Assembly (NCBI GenBank): GCA_040755215.1 | Contig: JBFMBG010000002.1 | Location: 16,974-80,973, forward strand | DNA from: Bacillota bacterium | GTDB taxonomy: Bacteria > Bacillota > Desulfotomaculia > Desulfotomaculales > Nap2-2B | Length of the DNA: 64,000 nt | Direction: 5' to 3' | Shown: one piece after another, positions 36,174-44,214 of the stretch | Numbering within the stretch: the first letter of the stretch is position 1 | Layout: each line of letters starts with the position of its first letter | Position numbers and translations under genes: made by a program | The notes under the pieces: model-generated | What the model was told of the DNA's origin: nothing | Seen by the model: the letters and a program-made list of their open reading frames with translations, nothing else | Database searches by the model: none

Positions 36174-37436
36174 CTAAAACTTCATTTCCGGCAAGGTAAA
36201 CACAGGATTTCTATCCTGCAGGTATTTATCCGTCACGAAGGCCGAGCCGAAACCGTATTTCTCGGCACATTCCATAATCAGGTCGAACACTTCGGGTCTG
36301 AAGATCAGGCGAGGTGGCTTCACACCATCCTGGATGATGCTCCTGATCAGCGTGCCGCTGAAGTTCTGGCTCTGCGCTTTATGGCCGCACAACCCCGAAT
36401 AGGTGACTTCGGCACAAACGGGGCAGTACCACCAGGCCAGCACCCGCACCGGTTTAATCCGCAGGTCGCTTTCCGGAATCTGGTCGAAGATCCGGTGCGC
36501 ATCGTAAGGATCGTAGTACGTGCCCACGCCGGCGTGGTCCCGGCCGAACATGTGGTGCGTAAGGCCCAGATTCGTCCTCAAGATGGCGTGGAAAACGGCT
36601 TCCTTCGGCCCGGCGTAGCGCATATCCCAGAGGGTGATGGAGGTGAGGTGGACGTCCTCCCGGAAATAGCCCGCTTTGCGCAGCACGTCGTGGCACAGGA
36701 CGATGGCTTCGTCGATGTAGTCGCCCTTTCTCTTTTCGCCGATAATGGCGTTGACGAGCACGCCCGTAACCGTTTTTTCCACCGGCAGCTCGCCGTGGGC
36801 CTGCAGCCAGGAACCCTTCATCAGCCACTCGTGCCCGGTATGCGGGACGTTTCTGGTCTGGTGGGCGACAATCCGCTGCCAGCCTTTTTCGGCGAATTTT
36901 TGCCGGAGCTGTTTAGGGGTGAAGAAGAATTCGTCAAACGGAGGGTTGATTTTGGGCGGATTAACCAGGGTGACCTTCCCGCCGAGGAACTTATCCTTGT
37001 ACTTGTACGTCCTGGCCACTCCCGGGTGCTTTTCTTCCGTGGTGCCGTAAACTTTCTGGGCCATTTCCTGTTTGTCGTAGGTAAAGATTTCCTCGACTTC
37101 CAGAATGGCCATCGGCTTGTCCTGGTAGGTTAAGAGGACCTTGTCCCCTTCTTTAATTCCCTTTTCGTTGATTTCCTGATCCGACAGATCGAAAACGATC
37201 GGGATGGGCCAGAGGACGCCGTTGGCAAGGCGCATCTCCTTACAGACCCGGCCCACGTCTGCTCTGGTCATAAAACCTTCCAGGGGGGTAAAAAACCCGT
37301 ACGCAATATCGATAATTTCTCTGGCGATCTGGCCGCGGATGGGCACCGGCGTAAGTCCTTTGATTGCCCGGGCCGCCTCTTCCGGCGCCATTACTCTTTC
37401 GACAAGCTCTTTGCCGCCATGGCCGATATTACTCAT
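36174..37436 (-). CDS. sat: sulfate adenylyltransferase (ATP sulfurylase, homo-oligomeric type)
   Basis: 420 aa with QTRNVPHTGHEWL (QxRNxxHxxH) and FGRDHAGVG motifs. GGAAGGAG SD upstream. Confidence 0.9.
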   Translation of the reverse strand: MSNIGHGGKELVERVMAPEEAARAIKGLTPVPIRGQIAREIIDIAYGFFTPLEGFMTRADVGRVCKEMRLANGVLWPIPIVFDLSDQEINEKGIKEGDKVLLTYQDKPMAILEVEEIFTYDKQEMAQKVYGTTEEKHPGVARTYKYKDKFLGGKVTLVNPPKINPPFDEFFFTPKQLRQKFAEKGWQRIVAHQTRNVPHTGHEWLMKGSWLQAHGELPVEKTVTGVLVNAIIGEKRKGDYIDEAIVLCHDVLRKAGYFREDVHLTSITLWDMRYAGPKEAVFHAILRTNLGLTHHMFGRDHAGVGTYYDPYDAHRIFDQIPESDLRIKPVRVLAWWYCPVCAEVTYSGLCGHKAQSQNFSGTLIRSIIQDGVKPPRLIFRPEVFDLIMECAEKYGFGSAFVTDKYLQDRNPVFTLPEMKF

Positions 37437-37477
37437 CTCACTTCTCCTTCCCTTTCAAAATGTGCTTTTGGGGCGAA

Positions 37478-37696
37478 TCAACCGTTCGCTTCGTGCCTGA
37501 TTTTGCTTTGTTTTTTACATCCATAATCTTTTGGAGACAGCCTGTCCTGGACAGATTCATTGTCCCCTTGGGAAGAAGTTCTTTCTTTTTTCGAATTGTT
37601 TCTAAGAAGGACTTCTGCCCTATACATTTCTGCCCTAAAGAAAGGCTCTTCCAGCGCTTTCAAAAACCACGCGTGAATTTTTTTAGCGGAAACCAT
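37478..37696 (-). CDS. hypothetical 72-aa basic protein (start inferred)
   Basis: Internal ATG of ORF 37478..37747, preceded by AAGGAGA at 7-nt spacing. It fills the gap between the exported-protein gene and sat. No family recognised. Confidence 0.3.
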   Translation of the reverse strand: MVSAKKIHAWFLKALEEPFFRAEMYRAEVLLRNNSKKERTSSQGDNESVQDRLSPKDYGCKKQSKIRHEANG

Positions 37697-37716
37697 ACCA
37701 ACATCTCCTTGATAAC

Positions 37717-38532
37717 TTATTCTCTTTTTATACCTGGCAACCGGCAAATTAGCTTCTCAAAAAAGCGAAACAGGAGATCGATGAGCAAGCCGGCCAGCAA
37801 GGCAATAAAAACAGCGTAAGTACCGTATAAAGGACCATTTGTTTTCGCCATTTTGCGTATCCAGCCGGCAACCCCCGTCGGCTGGATAATCAGCGGGCTC
37901 TCGCTTTGGCCGATCACGCGGCCGTCCCTGATGGCGTAAGCGGTTATGGTCGTCTCCCCGTACGCCGCTTCCGCGGGTATTCTAATCAACGCCGAAAAGC
38001 TCTGCCCTCCTTTTTCTTCTTTTGTGAACAGGGATTTTTCCTGAACAACGTACAGGCCTTTTTTCTTATACAGGCCAACCAAAGCATCAACGTATTCTTT
38101 ACCCTCCCGGGCCGGCAAATCTTTGGTTTTTCCTCCGGTTGCAACGATAACCGTGGCCCGGTCGTGAACGGCGGCAAAATTGCCGTCCAGGCCCGTGTCT
38201 TTCCGAAGCGAAGGCGGCAACCGGTCAATTTCCGCCGAAGTGTAGATTTGATACATTTTAGGCACATTTACCACTTCCGCCTGCGCTACATTCATCCACA
38301 AAAAGCCGACTTTCCCTTTTTTATTTAACCTCTCTTTCCTCCCCGGCGATACCATCTTCAGATAAATGTCGCACTGCGCAGGAGCAGTGCCCGAAATATT
38401 AACGACAGCTCCTTTAAAACCCAGCCCCACCGCAATTACTCCGGGGTCGGGAGCCACGCGAATCTCCTGGGCAAAAGCAGCCGGCACGCCCGCCCCGAAG
38501 ATAAGACAAAATACGAGCAGCCCAACCTTCAA
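37717..38532 (-). CDS. exported protein with C-terminal membrane anchor, translationally coupled to tauE
   Basis: The ORF track runs to 38931 through tauE in another frame. I trimmed to the TTG at 38532, which overlaps the tauE stop and has GGGGGGAGG upstream. This yields signal peptide LKVGLLVFCLIFGAGVPAAFA and a C-terminal TM helix YAVFIALLAGLLIDLLF. Confidence 0.5.
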   Translation of the reverse strand: MKVGLLVFCLIFGAGVPAAFAQEIRVAPDPGVIAVGLGFKGAVVNISGTAPAQCDIYLKMVSPGRKERLNKKGKVGFLWMNVAQAEVVNVPKMYQIYTSAEIDRLPPSLRKDTGLDGNFAAVHDRATVIVATGGKTKDLPAREGKEYVDALVGLYKKKGLYVVQEKSLFTKEEKGGQSFSALIRIPAEAAYGETTITAYAIRDGRVIGQSESPLIIQPTGVAGWIRKMAKTNGPLYGTYAVFIALLAGLLIDLLFRFFEKLICRLPGIKRE

Positions 38533-39437
38533 TGGCCTCCCCCCAAAACGATCAGTGATGCGGGGGCTGCGAGTAAATTGTGAAGCATCTTGACCATTAC
38601 GCCGAGAACGATGACCGAAAAAAAGATGCGCAGCTGTTCTCCTTTCAAAAGGCGACCGAGGCGCGCCCCCACCTGGGCTCCGACCGCCGAGCCGAGGAGC
38701 AAAAGGAGAGCCAGCATAACGTCGACGGTTTCGTTGATAATCGCCTGGGCAAGAGTTACGTTTACAGCGGTAAAAATCACGGTGAAAAGACTGGTGCCTA
38801 CCGCCTTGTGCGTGGGAATTCCCAAAAGGTAGATCATTACCGGCAACATGATAAAACCGCCGCCAACGCCCATTAAAGCCGCCATGACGCCGATAAAAAA
38901 CCCGAGCGCAAATAAAACGATCACCGAACATTCAATTTTTGAAACAGGGAAGAAAAGCCTTCCCGGCAAAGATTTGGCCAGGTAGAACGGCCTGCCGGCC
39001 AAAGAGTCGGCGCTTCCTTTCCCCCGCAAGGCACGCAAGCTCTCCGCAAACATAAACGCTCCTACAAACAAAAGCATAACCACATATACCAGCGTTACGA
39101 TCAAATCAAAATTGCCCAACTGGCGCAATATCTTTACTCCTGTTGCGCCCAGCGTTCCTCCCGTCAGTCCGCCGAGGAGCATGATATAGCCGAGCTTGAA
39201 ATCAACGTTGCCTGCACGGCCGTGGGCCAGCGTACCGGACACGGAAGCAGCAACAATCTGGTTGGTATCGCTGGCCGCCGCCACCGCCGGCGGAATACCG
39301 ATCATCATTAAAAGGGGGGTGAGCAAAAACCCCCCGCCGACTCCAAATAAGCCAGACAGCATTCCTACCACGCCCCCCAGGCTAAAAATTAAATAGGTTT
39401 TGATCTGCACGCCCGCCACAGGCAAAAATATTTCCAT
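38529..39437 (-). CDS. TauE/SafE-family sulfite/organosulfonate exporter
   Basis: 302 aa with duplicated 4-TM halves, each carrying the GVGGGF(L/I) motif typical of TauE/DUF81. Confidence 0.8.
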   Translation of the reverse strand: MEIFLPVAGVQIKTYLIFSLGGVVGMLSGLFGVGGGFLLTPLLMMIGIPPAVAAASDTNQIVAASVSGTLAHGRAGNVDFKLGYIMLLGGLTGGTLGATGVKILRQLGNFDLIVTLVYVVMLLFVGAFMFAESLRALRGKGSADSLAGRPFYLAKSLPGRLFFPVSKIECSVIVLFALGFFIGVMAALMGVGGGFIMLPVMIYLLGIPTHKAVGTSLFTVIFTAVNVTLAQAIINETVDVMLALLLLLGSAVGAQVGARLGRLLKGEQLRIFFSVIVLGVMVKMLHNLLAAPASLIVLGGGH

Positions 39438-39455
39438 TTTTTTCGACTCCCCACT

Positions 39456-39899
39456 TCATGAAGCACGCTGAATCAGTTTTCCAGCAGTTTTCTTCCCGGG
39501 TTTCGGCAAGTCAATTGCCTGGTGTTGAAGGGACAGCCTAAAAACGTAATGTTCTACCAGCAGATTATAACTTTCCATGGCCAGACCCAGGACCAGCAAA
39601 AGCAAGAGCATCACTCCGTAGGGGAAAAGCTGGACATCCCGGTTATTTTTGTCGTAGAGCTTCCCGGAAACATCCGCCCAGGTGTAAATTTCCATGGTAT
39701 CCGGGTCTTGCTCCACGATGATATGGCGAGAAGGGTTAAAGTAATTTTTAAACAGACTTTCCCGCAAGCAATTAACCCCTGCCCAGAAAACCAGGAAAGC
39801 AAAAACGGCTACAGCCACAGCGACAAGTTTCGATAACGTCTTTAATTTTTTCTTTTCGTCCTGATTCAGGCTGAGGATGATTTGGTCCATGACACCCAC
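39456..39899 (-). CDS. hypothetical two-TM membrane protein
   Basis: 147 aa with two hydrophobic helices (LVAVAVAVFAFLVFWAGV, VMLLLLLVLGLAM); sits directly upstream of tauE. Confidence 0.45.
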   Translation of the reverse strand: MGVMDQIILSLNQDEKKKLKTLSKLVAVAVAVFAFLVFWAGVNCLRESLFKNYFNPSRHIIVEQDPDTMEIYTWADVSGKLYDKNNRDVQLFPYGVMLLLLLVLGLAMESYNLLVEHYVFRLSLQHQAIDLPKPGKKTAGKLIQRAS

Positions 39900-39978
39900 T
39901 CCTTTTACTTCTGTTTATTATTATTTTCATAAGTTATAATTTTCGCAAAAATCAATTTAATATAGATTAAAAGGTTTT

Positions 39979-40605
39979 TTATTTGACTCCCAATCTATTT
40001 AAAGTGTTTTTGGTGATCAAGATAAAGTTGGCGAGTTTCAAAGAGACAGAAGCGATCTCACGCCGCTCTACGACCGCAAAAGGCAAAAACAATTTAAAGC
40101 GGTATTTTCCGGTAGCTTCTACCGAAGGCAATTCACGTTCGATGACTTCGCCCAGCTCCCTTTCCATCTCTTTTTTTAAATTTAACAGGGGCAAGAAAAC
40201 CTGCCTTTTCTGGCCGTCCATGACGAGATCAATAAATAAAAGGTTTTCACCCTGAGGAACCCTTTTTCGGGGTCGGGTCCTCCCAATGCGGTAGTATATG
40301 TTTTGATTCTCAAAAACCCGGATGCATTTCCACGATTCCTTAAAGCCCATCCGCCGGTTGGGAAAAGTGTAGAGGATTTTCACCCCTAAACCGCCAAGCA
40401 AGCGTTCAGCATGGCTCAATACGCTATTCAAAAAACCATCGAAATCCCCCTGGCGGGGCGACTCTTCTTCGCCTTTCGCCCTTTCTTCCGCCAGCCAGCT
40501 CTTAAAACGACGAAACAGCTTCCAGTAGACCGACCCTTCTTTGTCTTTCTCCGAAAGCATCCCGCTGTGTTTTCCGTAACTTCCGGCAAGCTCCTGATTA
40601 GTCAC
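39979..40605 (-). CDS. hypothetical 208-aa protein, first gene behind sigma54 promoter P3
   Basis: GTG start after a GGGGGAAGGA purine tract. No family recognised. Confidence 0.45.
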   Translation of the reverse strand: MTNQELAGSYGKHSGMLSEKDKEGSVYWKLFRRFKSWLAEERAKGEEESPRQGDFDGFLNSVLSHAERLLGGLGVKILYTFPNRRMGFKESWKCIRVFENQNIYYRIGRTRPRKRVPQGENLLFIDLVMDGQKRQVFLPLLNLKKEMERELGEVIERELPSVEATGKYRFKLFLPFAVVERREIASVSLKLANFILITKNTLNRLGVK

Positions 40606-40664
40606 TTTCCTTCCCCCTGGAAAAAAGCAAAGCAGAAAGGCTTATGTTCGTTAAATTAAAACTA

Positions 40665-40680
40665 TGCAAAAAGCATGCCA
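40665..40680 (-). promoter_or_regulatory. sigma54 -24/-12 promoter (P3)
   Basis: The minus strand reads TGGCATGCTTTTTGCA (GG-N10-GC), 60 nt upstream of the start at 40605. Confidence 0.7.
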
Positions 40681-40722
40681 CAATGAAAGACCCGGAATTT
40701 CCCGGTTTTTGGGCAAGATTTA

Positions 40723-40736
40723 ATACAATAATGTAT
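40723..40736. promoter_or_regulatory. palindromic upstream activator site candidate
   Basis: ATACaataatGTAT, 42 nt upstream of the TGG of P3. Confidence 0.5.
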
Positions 40737-40787
40737 CAATAACTGCTATTTTCTCCTTATTTGACAGCAAAAATCAAAAAAAGGGGT

Positions 40788-40802
40788 GATACATAAATGT
40801 AT
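40788..40802. promoter_or_regulatory. palindromic upstream activator site candidate
   Basis: GATACataaatGTAT, in the P3/P4 divergent region. Confidence 0.45.
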
Positions 40803-40973
40803 TGGGCCAGCAAATAACCGCATCATTACCTTGCCATTCCGGCCAAGGCATTTAAAATTTCCTCCGGTTGCGTATGGAAATTAACGATACAGAAAAAATA
40901 TAGACGATGCATTTTTTTATTGAGCTTTCTTCGGCTTGTCTCCAGGCATAGTAAAGATTGTGCCAAAAAGCAC

Positions 40974-40991
40974 GATACCTTTCTGTATCGG
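40974..40991. promoter_or_regulatory. palindromic upstream activator site candidate
   Basis: CGATACctttctGTATCG, a perfect 6-bp inverted repeat. The core lies 41 nt upstream of the TGG of P4. Confidence 0.55.
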
Positions 40992-41030
40992 TCATTTAAA
41001 AAAATAAAGGATTATTCTTGCCTTTTCCCC

Positions 41031-41046
41031 TGGTACATTTCTTGCA
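41031..41046 (+). promoter_or_regulatory. sigma54 -24/-12 promoter (P4)
   Basis: TGGTACATTTCTTGCA (GG-N10-GC), 47 nt upstream of the TTG at 41093, with an AAGGAGG SD at 41077-41083. Confidence 0.65.
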
Positions 41047-41092
41047 AAAACGGATTTAAAGTGAAAAATAGCACATAAGGAGGTAATTTTCA

Positions 41093-41287
41093 TTGGGTGG
41101 TATTATCGGGCTGATCGGCGGCTACGGGGCAGTTTTGCTTTGTCTTGCGATCATAGTGCTGATGGACAATGTTTACCATAACATGTGGGCGGCGGGAATT
41201 GTCGGCTCCCTCGCCAGTCTCTTGGTGTGGGGAATCACGATGTGGATTATTTTCTCATCGGCGAAAAAGAAGGAAAAAACTTTATAA
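41093..41287 (+). CDS. 64-aa two-TM micro-membrane protein
   Basis: TTG start 9 nt after AAGGAGG. Two hydrophobic helices and a KKKEKTL tail. It has its own sigma54 promoter and terminator. Confidence 0.5.
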   Translation: MGGIIGLIGGYGAVLLCLAIIVLMDNVYHNMWAAGIVGSLASLLVWGITMWIIFSSAKKKEKTL

Positions 41288-41305
41288 TAACTTACCTTAT
41301 GGAAT

Positions 41306-41399
41306 CAATAGAGTAAGCAATCTGCCCTCCTCGGGACATATCGAGGGAAAAAACGAAACCGGCAAAAACAGCTTGCTTACTCTATTGTTCTTTTTGTTT
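41306..41399 (+). terminator. long stem-loop terminator after the 64-aa gene
   Basis: Perfect 15-bp arms CAATAGAGTAAGCAA (41306-41320) and TTGCTTACTCTATTG (41373-41387), followed by TTCTTTTTGTTT. The right arm overlaps the 3' end of the convergent activator gene. Confidence 0.55.
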
Positions 41400-43169
41400 A
41401 AGTTCTTCCGTTTTGATCCCGTATTTATGTGCCTTGCGCACCACGGTCGGCTGGGTGATCCCCAGGGCGCGCGCTGCCTTATGTGTGCTTCCGTATTCTT
41501 TCAGTGCCTGCAGAATAAGCTCTTTTTCAAAATGTTCAACGGCTTTTTTAAAGGATTTCGGCTTCTCATTTTTTTGCATTCCGGAATCTAAATGCTCCAG
41601 CTCAATCTGCTCACCAGGAGTCATTACAACCATTCTTTCGATCAGGTTTTCAAGTTCGCGAACGTTTCCCGGCCAATCGTAAGCAAGCAATCCTTTAATA
41701 AAATCCGCAGAAAATCTCTTCGTTAAATTGTATTTTTGATTAAATTGCCTCAGAAAATGAAAAGCCAGCGGAATAATGTCTTCCCTTCTTTCCCTGAGCG
41801 GCGGGACATATAGGGGTATGATATTGATCCGGTAAAACAGATCTTTGCGAAATCTGTTTTCGGCCACCATTTTCGCGAGGTCGCGATTGGTCGCTGCAAT
41901 GATGCGCACGTCCAGTTTGATGGGGTTTGTTCCCCCAACGCGCATAATCTGGCGATCCTGCAAGGCATGCAGGAGCTTGGGCTGAAGTTCTAAAGGCATC
42001 TCACCGATCTCGTCCAAAAAAAGAGTCCCCTTATTGGCAAGTTCAAACATACCCATTTTGCCGCGTTTTCGCGCCCCGGTAAAAGAACCCTCCTCAAAAC
42101 CAAACAGTTCCGATTCTAAGAGGGTTGAAGGAATGCCGCTGCAATTAATCTTGATAAAAGGGCCTTTCTGGCGGGAGCTTAAGTCATGGATCAGCCGGGC
42201 AAGCACTTCTTTCCCTACTCCCGTTTCCCCGAGAATTAAAACGGTTGATTCCGATCTTGCCGCAAGCTGGATCTTATTGATCAATTTCCGCATACATTCG
42301 CTGCGAACGATCAAGGAACCGCTATCGCTATTTATCTCTTGAATCAGTCGCAATTCTTTTTGGTAATGATCAGCAATATTGCGCGTTTTTTCCAGCTCCT
42401 TCCGCAAGATGTCCAGCTCAGTTATATCGCGGACATTCGAAACAATCCGCCATATCTTCCCATCGCCTGTAAATATTGGGACGCCTGTCACCAGGGCTTT
42501 CTGACCCGTACTTGTTTCGTAAATAATTGTACTTGGTTTCTTGGTGGCGAGAACGTGAATCGCGGCGGAATCCGAATAATACCCTTTATCGACAATCTCA
42601 TAAACAGTCTTTCCAATCACTTCCTCCCGCTTAATCCCGGAAAACTCTTCCCACGATTTGTTAACTCGCAAGGTAACCCCTTCTCCGTTCATCACCCAGA
42701 TACCATCGTGAGAATGCTCAAAGACGGCTTCCAGCTCGCGCACTTTTTCAAGCGCCAGCTCAAGTTCTGTTCCCAGTTCCTCCCCCAGCTTTTCCTTCGT
42801 TGTGATGTCTTGATACCAGGCGATCACCGAGACAACTTTTTGTTCACGAAAAACCGGCAAATAACAAGCTGAATAAATTTTTGGCCCCTTTATGAACAAT
42901 TCGCCTTTTACGGGAATACCATCAGCAAATACTTGTTTAATTAAAGAGAGCCGGTTTTCATTAAGAAAAGAATGGTTTTCAGCATCATTGGAAGAAGCCG
43001 CCTGCATAATTTCTCTGCCTAAAACATTGCACTCTATTATTTGGCAGTTTTCGTCTATAACCAAGATACCATCCTCTGGAGCATCAATTAATTTTAAAAT
43101 CGGATGTTCATTACCCCGCCTGCTCTTCACCTGTCCCCAGACTCCCCTCAAAAAGTGAGGCAACCGCAA
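41382..43169 (-). CDS. sigma54-dependent transcriptional activator (PAS-PAS-AAA+-HTH, Fis-type)
   Basis: 595 aa with two PAS-like segments. AAA+ core has GETGVGKE Walker A, the ESELFGFEEGSFTGA (GAFTGA-type) loop and LFLDEIGE Walker B. The C-terminal HTH reads AARALGITQPTVVRK. Confidence 0.9.
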   Translation of the reverse strand: MRLPHFLRGVWGQVKSRRGNEHPILKLIDAPEDGILVIDENCQIIECNVLGREIMQAASSNDAENHSFLNENRLSLIKQVFADGIPVKGELFIKGPKIYSACYLPVFREQKVVSVIAWYQDITTKEKLGEELGTELELALEKVRELEAVFEHSHDGIWVMNGEGVTLRVNKSWEEFSGIKREEVIGKTVYEIVDKGYYSDSAAIHVLATKKPSTIIYETSTGQKALVTGVPIFTGDGKIWRIVSNVRDITELDILRKELEKTRNIADHYQKELRLIQEINSDSGSLIVRSECMRKLINKIQLAARSESTVLILGETGVGKEVLARLIHDLSSRQKGPFIKINCSGIPSTLLESELFGFEEGSFTGARKRGKMGMFELANKGTLFLDEIGEMPLELQPKLLHALQDRQIMRVGGTNPIKLDVRIIAATNRDLAKMVAENRFRKDLFYRINIIPLYVPPLRERREDIIPLAFHFLRQFNQKYNLTKRFSADFIKGLLAYDWPGNVRELENLIERMVVMTPGEQIELEHLDSGMQKNEKPKSFKKAVEHFEKELILQALKEYGSTHKAARALGITQPTVVRKAHKYGIKTEELKQKEQ

Positions 43170-43199
43170 ATAAATATCTGCTCAGCAACCTGAAAGTAA

Positions 43200-44126
43200 T
43201 TAAGTAATTCCCCGCGCCTTTAAAATATCCTGCTTAATCTGGGCGACCAAATCCTGGGGGGAAGCAAAACGTTTTTCCCCGCGGAGGCGCCGGATAAAAT
43301 GGACCTGAATGGATTTCCCGTAAAGATCCCCTTGAAAGTCGAGGAGGTGCACTTCGATGTTCGGCCGGGCGTTCTGTCCGTAAAAGGTCGGCCGCACGCC
43401 GACGTTGGCCACGCCCAGGAAAGTATCCCCGTTGAGCGGCACCCGCACGGAATAAACGCCGTTGGCCGGGATAAGCACAGGCGCGTCCGGCTCCAGGTTG
43501 GCCGTCGGGAAGCCCAGCGTGCTCCCCCGCCTGTCGCCGGCCACCACGACGCCTTCCACGAAGGGAAAATAACCCAGGTACCGGGCGGCCTCCGCCACTT
43601 CTCCATCTTTAAGCAGTTGCCTGATCAGCGTGCTGCTGACCACCTGGCCGTCGACGACCACCGGAGGGATGACGTGCAGGGTATAATTGCACTTTTCGCT
43701 GTACTCCCGGAGAAGGGCGGGTGTCCCTCTTCCCTGGTAACCGAAAGTATAGTTGTAACCAACAAAAACAGCCCGGGCACCCAGGTTTTGCCAGAGAATT
43801 TTGGTAATAAAATCCTCCGGGGTGGTGCGGGCGAAATCGGCAGTAAAAGGAACCCGTAAAAGAACGTCCACGCCCAGACGGGCGATCATGTTCTCTTTGG
43901 CCTCGCGGGTCAAAAGCAGGGGAGGGGCGTTTTCGGGATGGAGAACGGCCGCCGGATGGGGATGGAAGGTAAAGATCAGGGAGCAACCGCGCATTTTTTT
44001 TGCGTGTGCGACCAGCTCGCGAATCAATTTCTGGTGGCCGAGGTGCACCCCGTCAAAGTTGCCCAGGCCGACGGCAAGCCGCGGATATTTTTCTTTGATG
44101 TTGTGCCAGGTCTCGTACACTTCCAC
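43200..44126 (-). CDS. ribF: bifunctional riboflavin kinase / FMN adenylyltransferase
   Basis: 308 aa. GNFDGVHLGHQ N-terminal motif and C-terminal riboflavin kinase pattern (GFPTANL...GVYSV...GVANVG). Located next to truB. Confidence 0.9.
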   Translation of the reverse strand: MEVYETWHNIKEKYPRLAVGLGNFDGVHLGHQKLIRELVAHAKKMRGCSLIFTFHPHPAAVLHPENAPPLLLTREAKENMIARLGVDVLLRVPFTADFARTTPEDFITKILWQNLGARAVFVGYNYTFGYQGRGTPALLREYSEKCNYTLHVIPPVVVDGQVVSSTLIRQLLKDGEVAEAARYLGYFPFVEGVVVAGDRRGSTLGFPTANLEPDAPVLIPANGVYSVRVPLNGDTFLGVANVGVRPTFYGQNARPNIEVHLLDFQGDLYGKSIQVHFIRRLRGEKRFASPQDLVAQIKQDILKARGIT

Positions 44127-44214
44127 TTGTTCCTTAAACCCCCAAAGTTTTGCCTAAACTTAACCACAGGGAGCACAGAGAGCACAGAACATGTAAGGGA
44201 TCTGCAATATGGAT

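Noticed and set aside
37685-37700. Additional sigma54-like GG-N10-GC matches: minus-strand TGGTATGGTTTCCGCT at 37685-37700, TGGTAAATAATCCGCA at 31505-31520 and TGGTATTGGCAGCGCA at 31652-31667.
   Set aside because: Their -12 regions are poor (CCGCT, CCGCA, GCGCA against TTGCW). None has the ATAC-N6-GTAT palindrome about 42 nt upstream. The first overlaps the ATG of a small ORF just downstream of its SD. They remain only weak possibilities for sat and permease expression.
38533-38931. N-terminal 133-aa extension of ORF 37717-38931.
   Set aside because: The extension overlaps the tauE gene in another frame and is Arg/Gly-rich. A TTG start at 38532 with a purine-rich SD gives a clean signal peptide instead.
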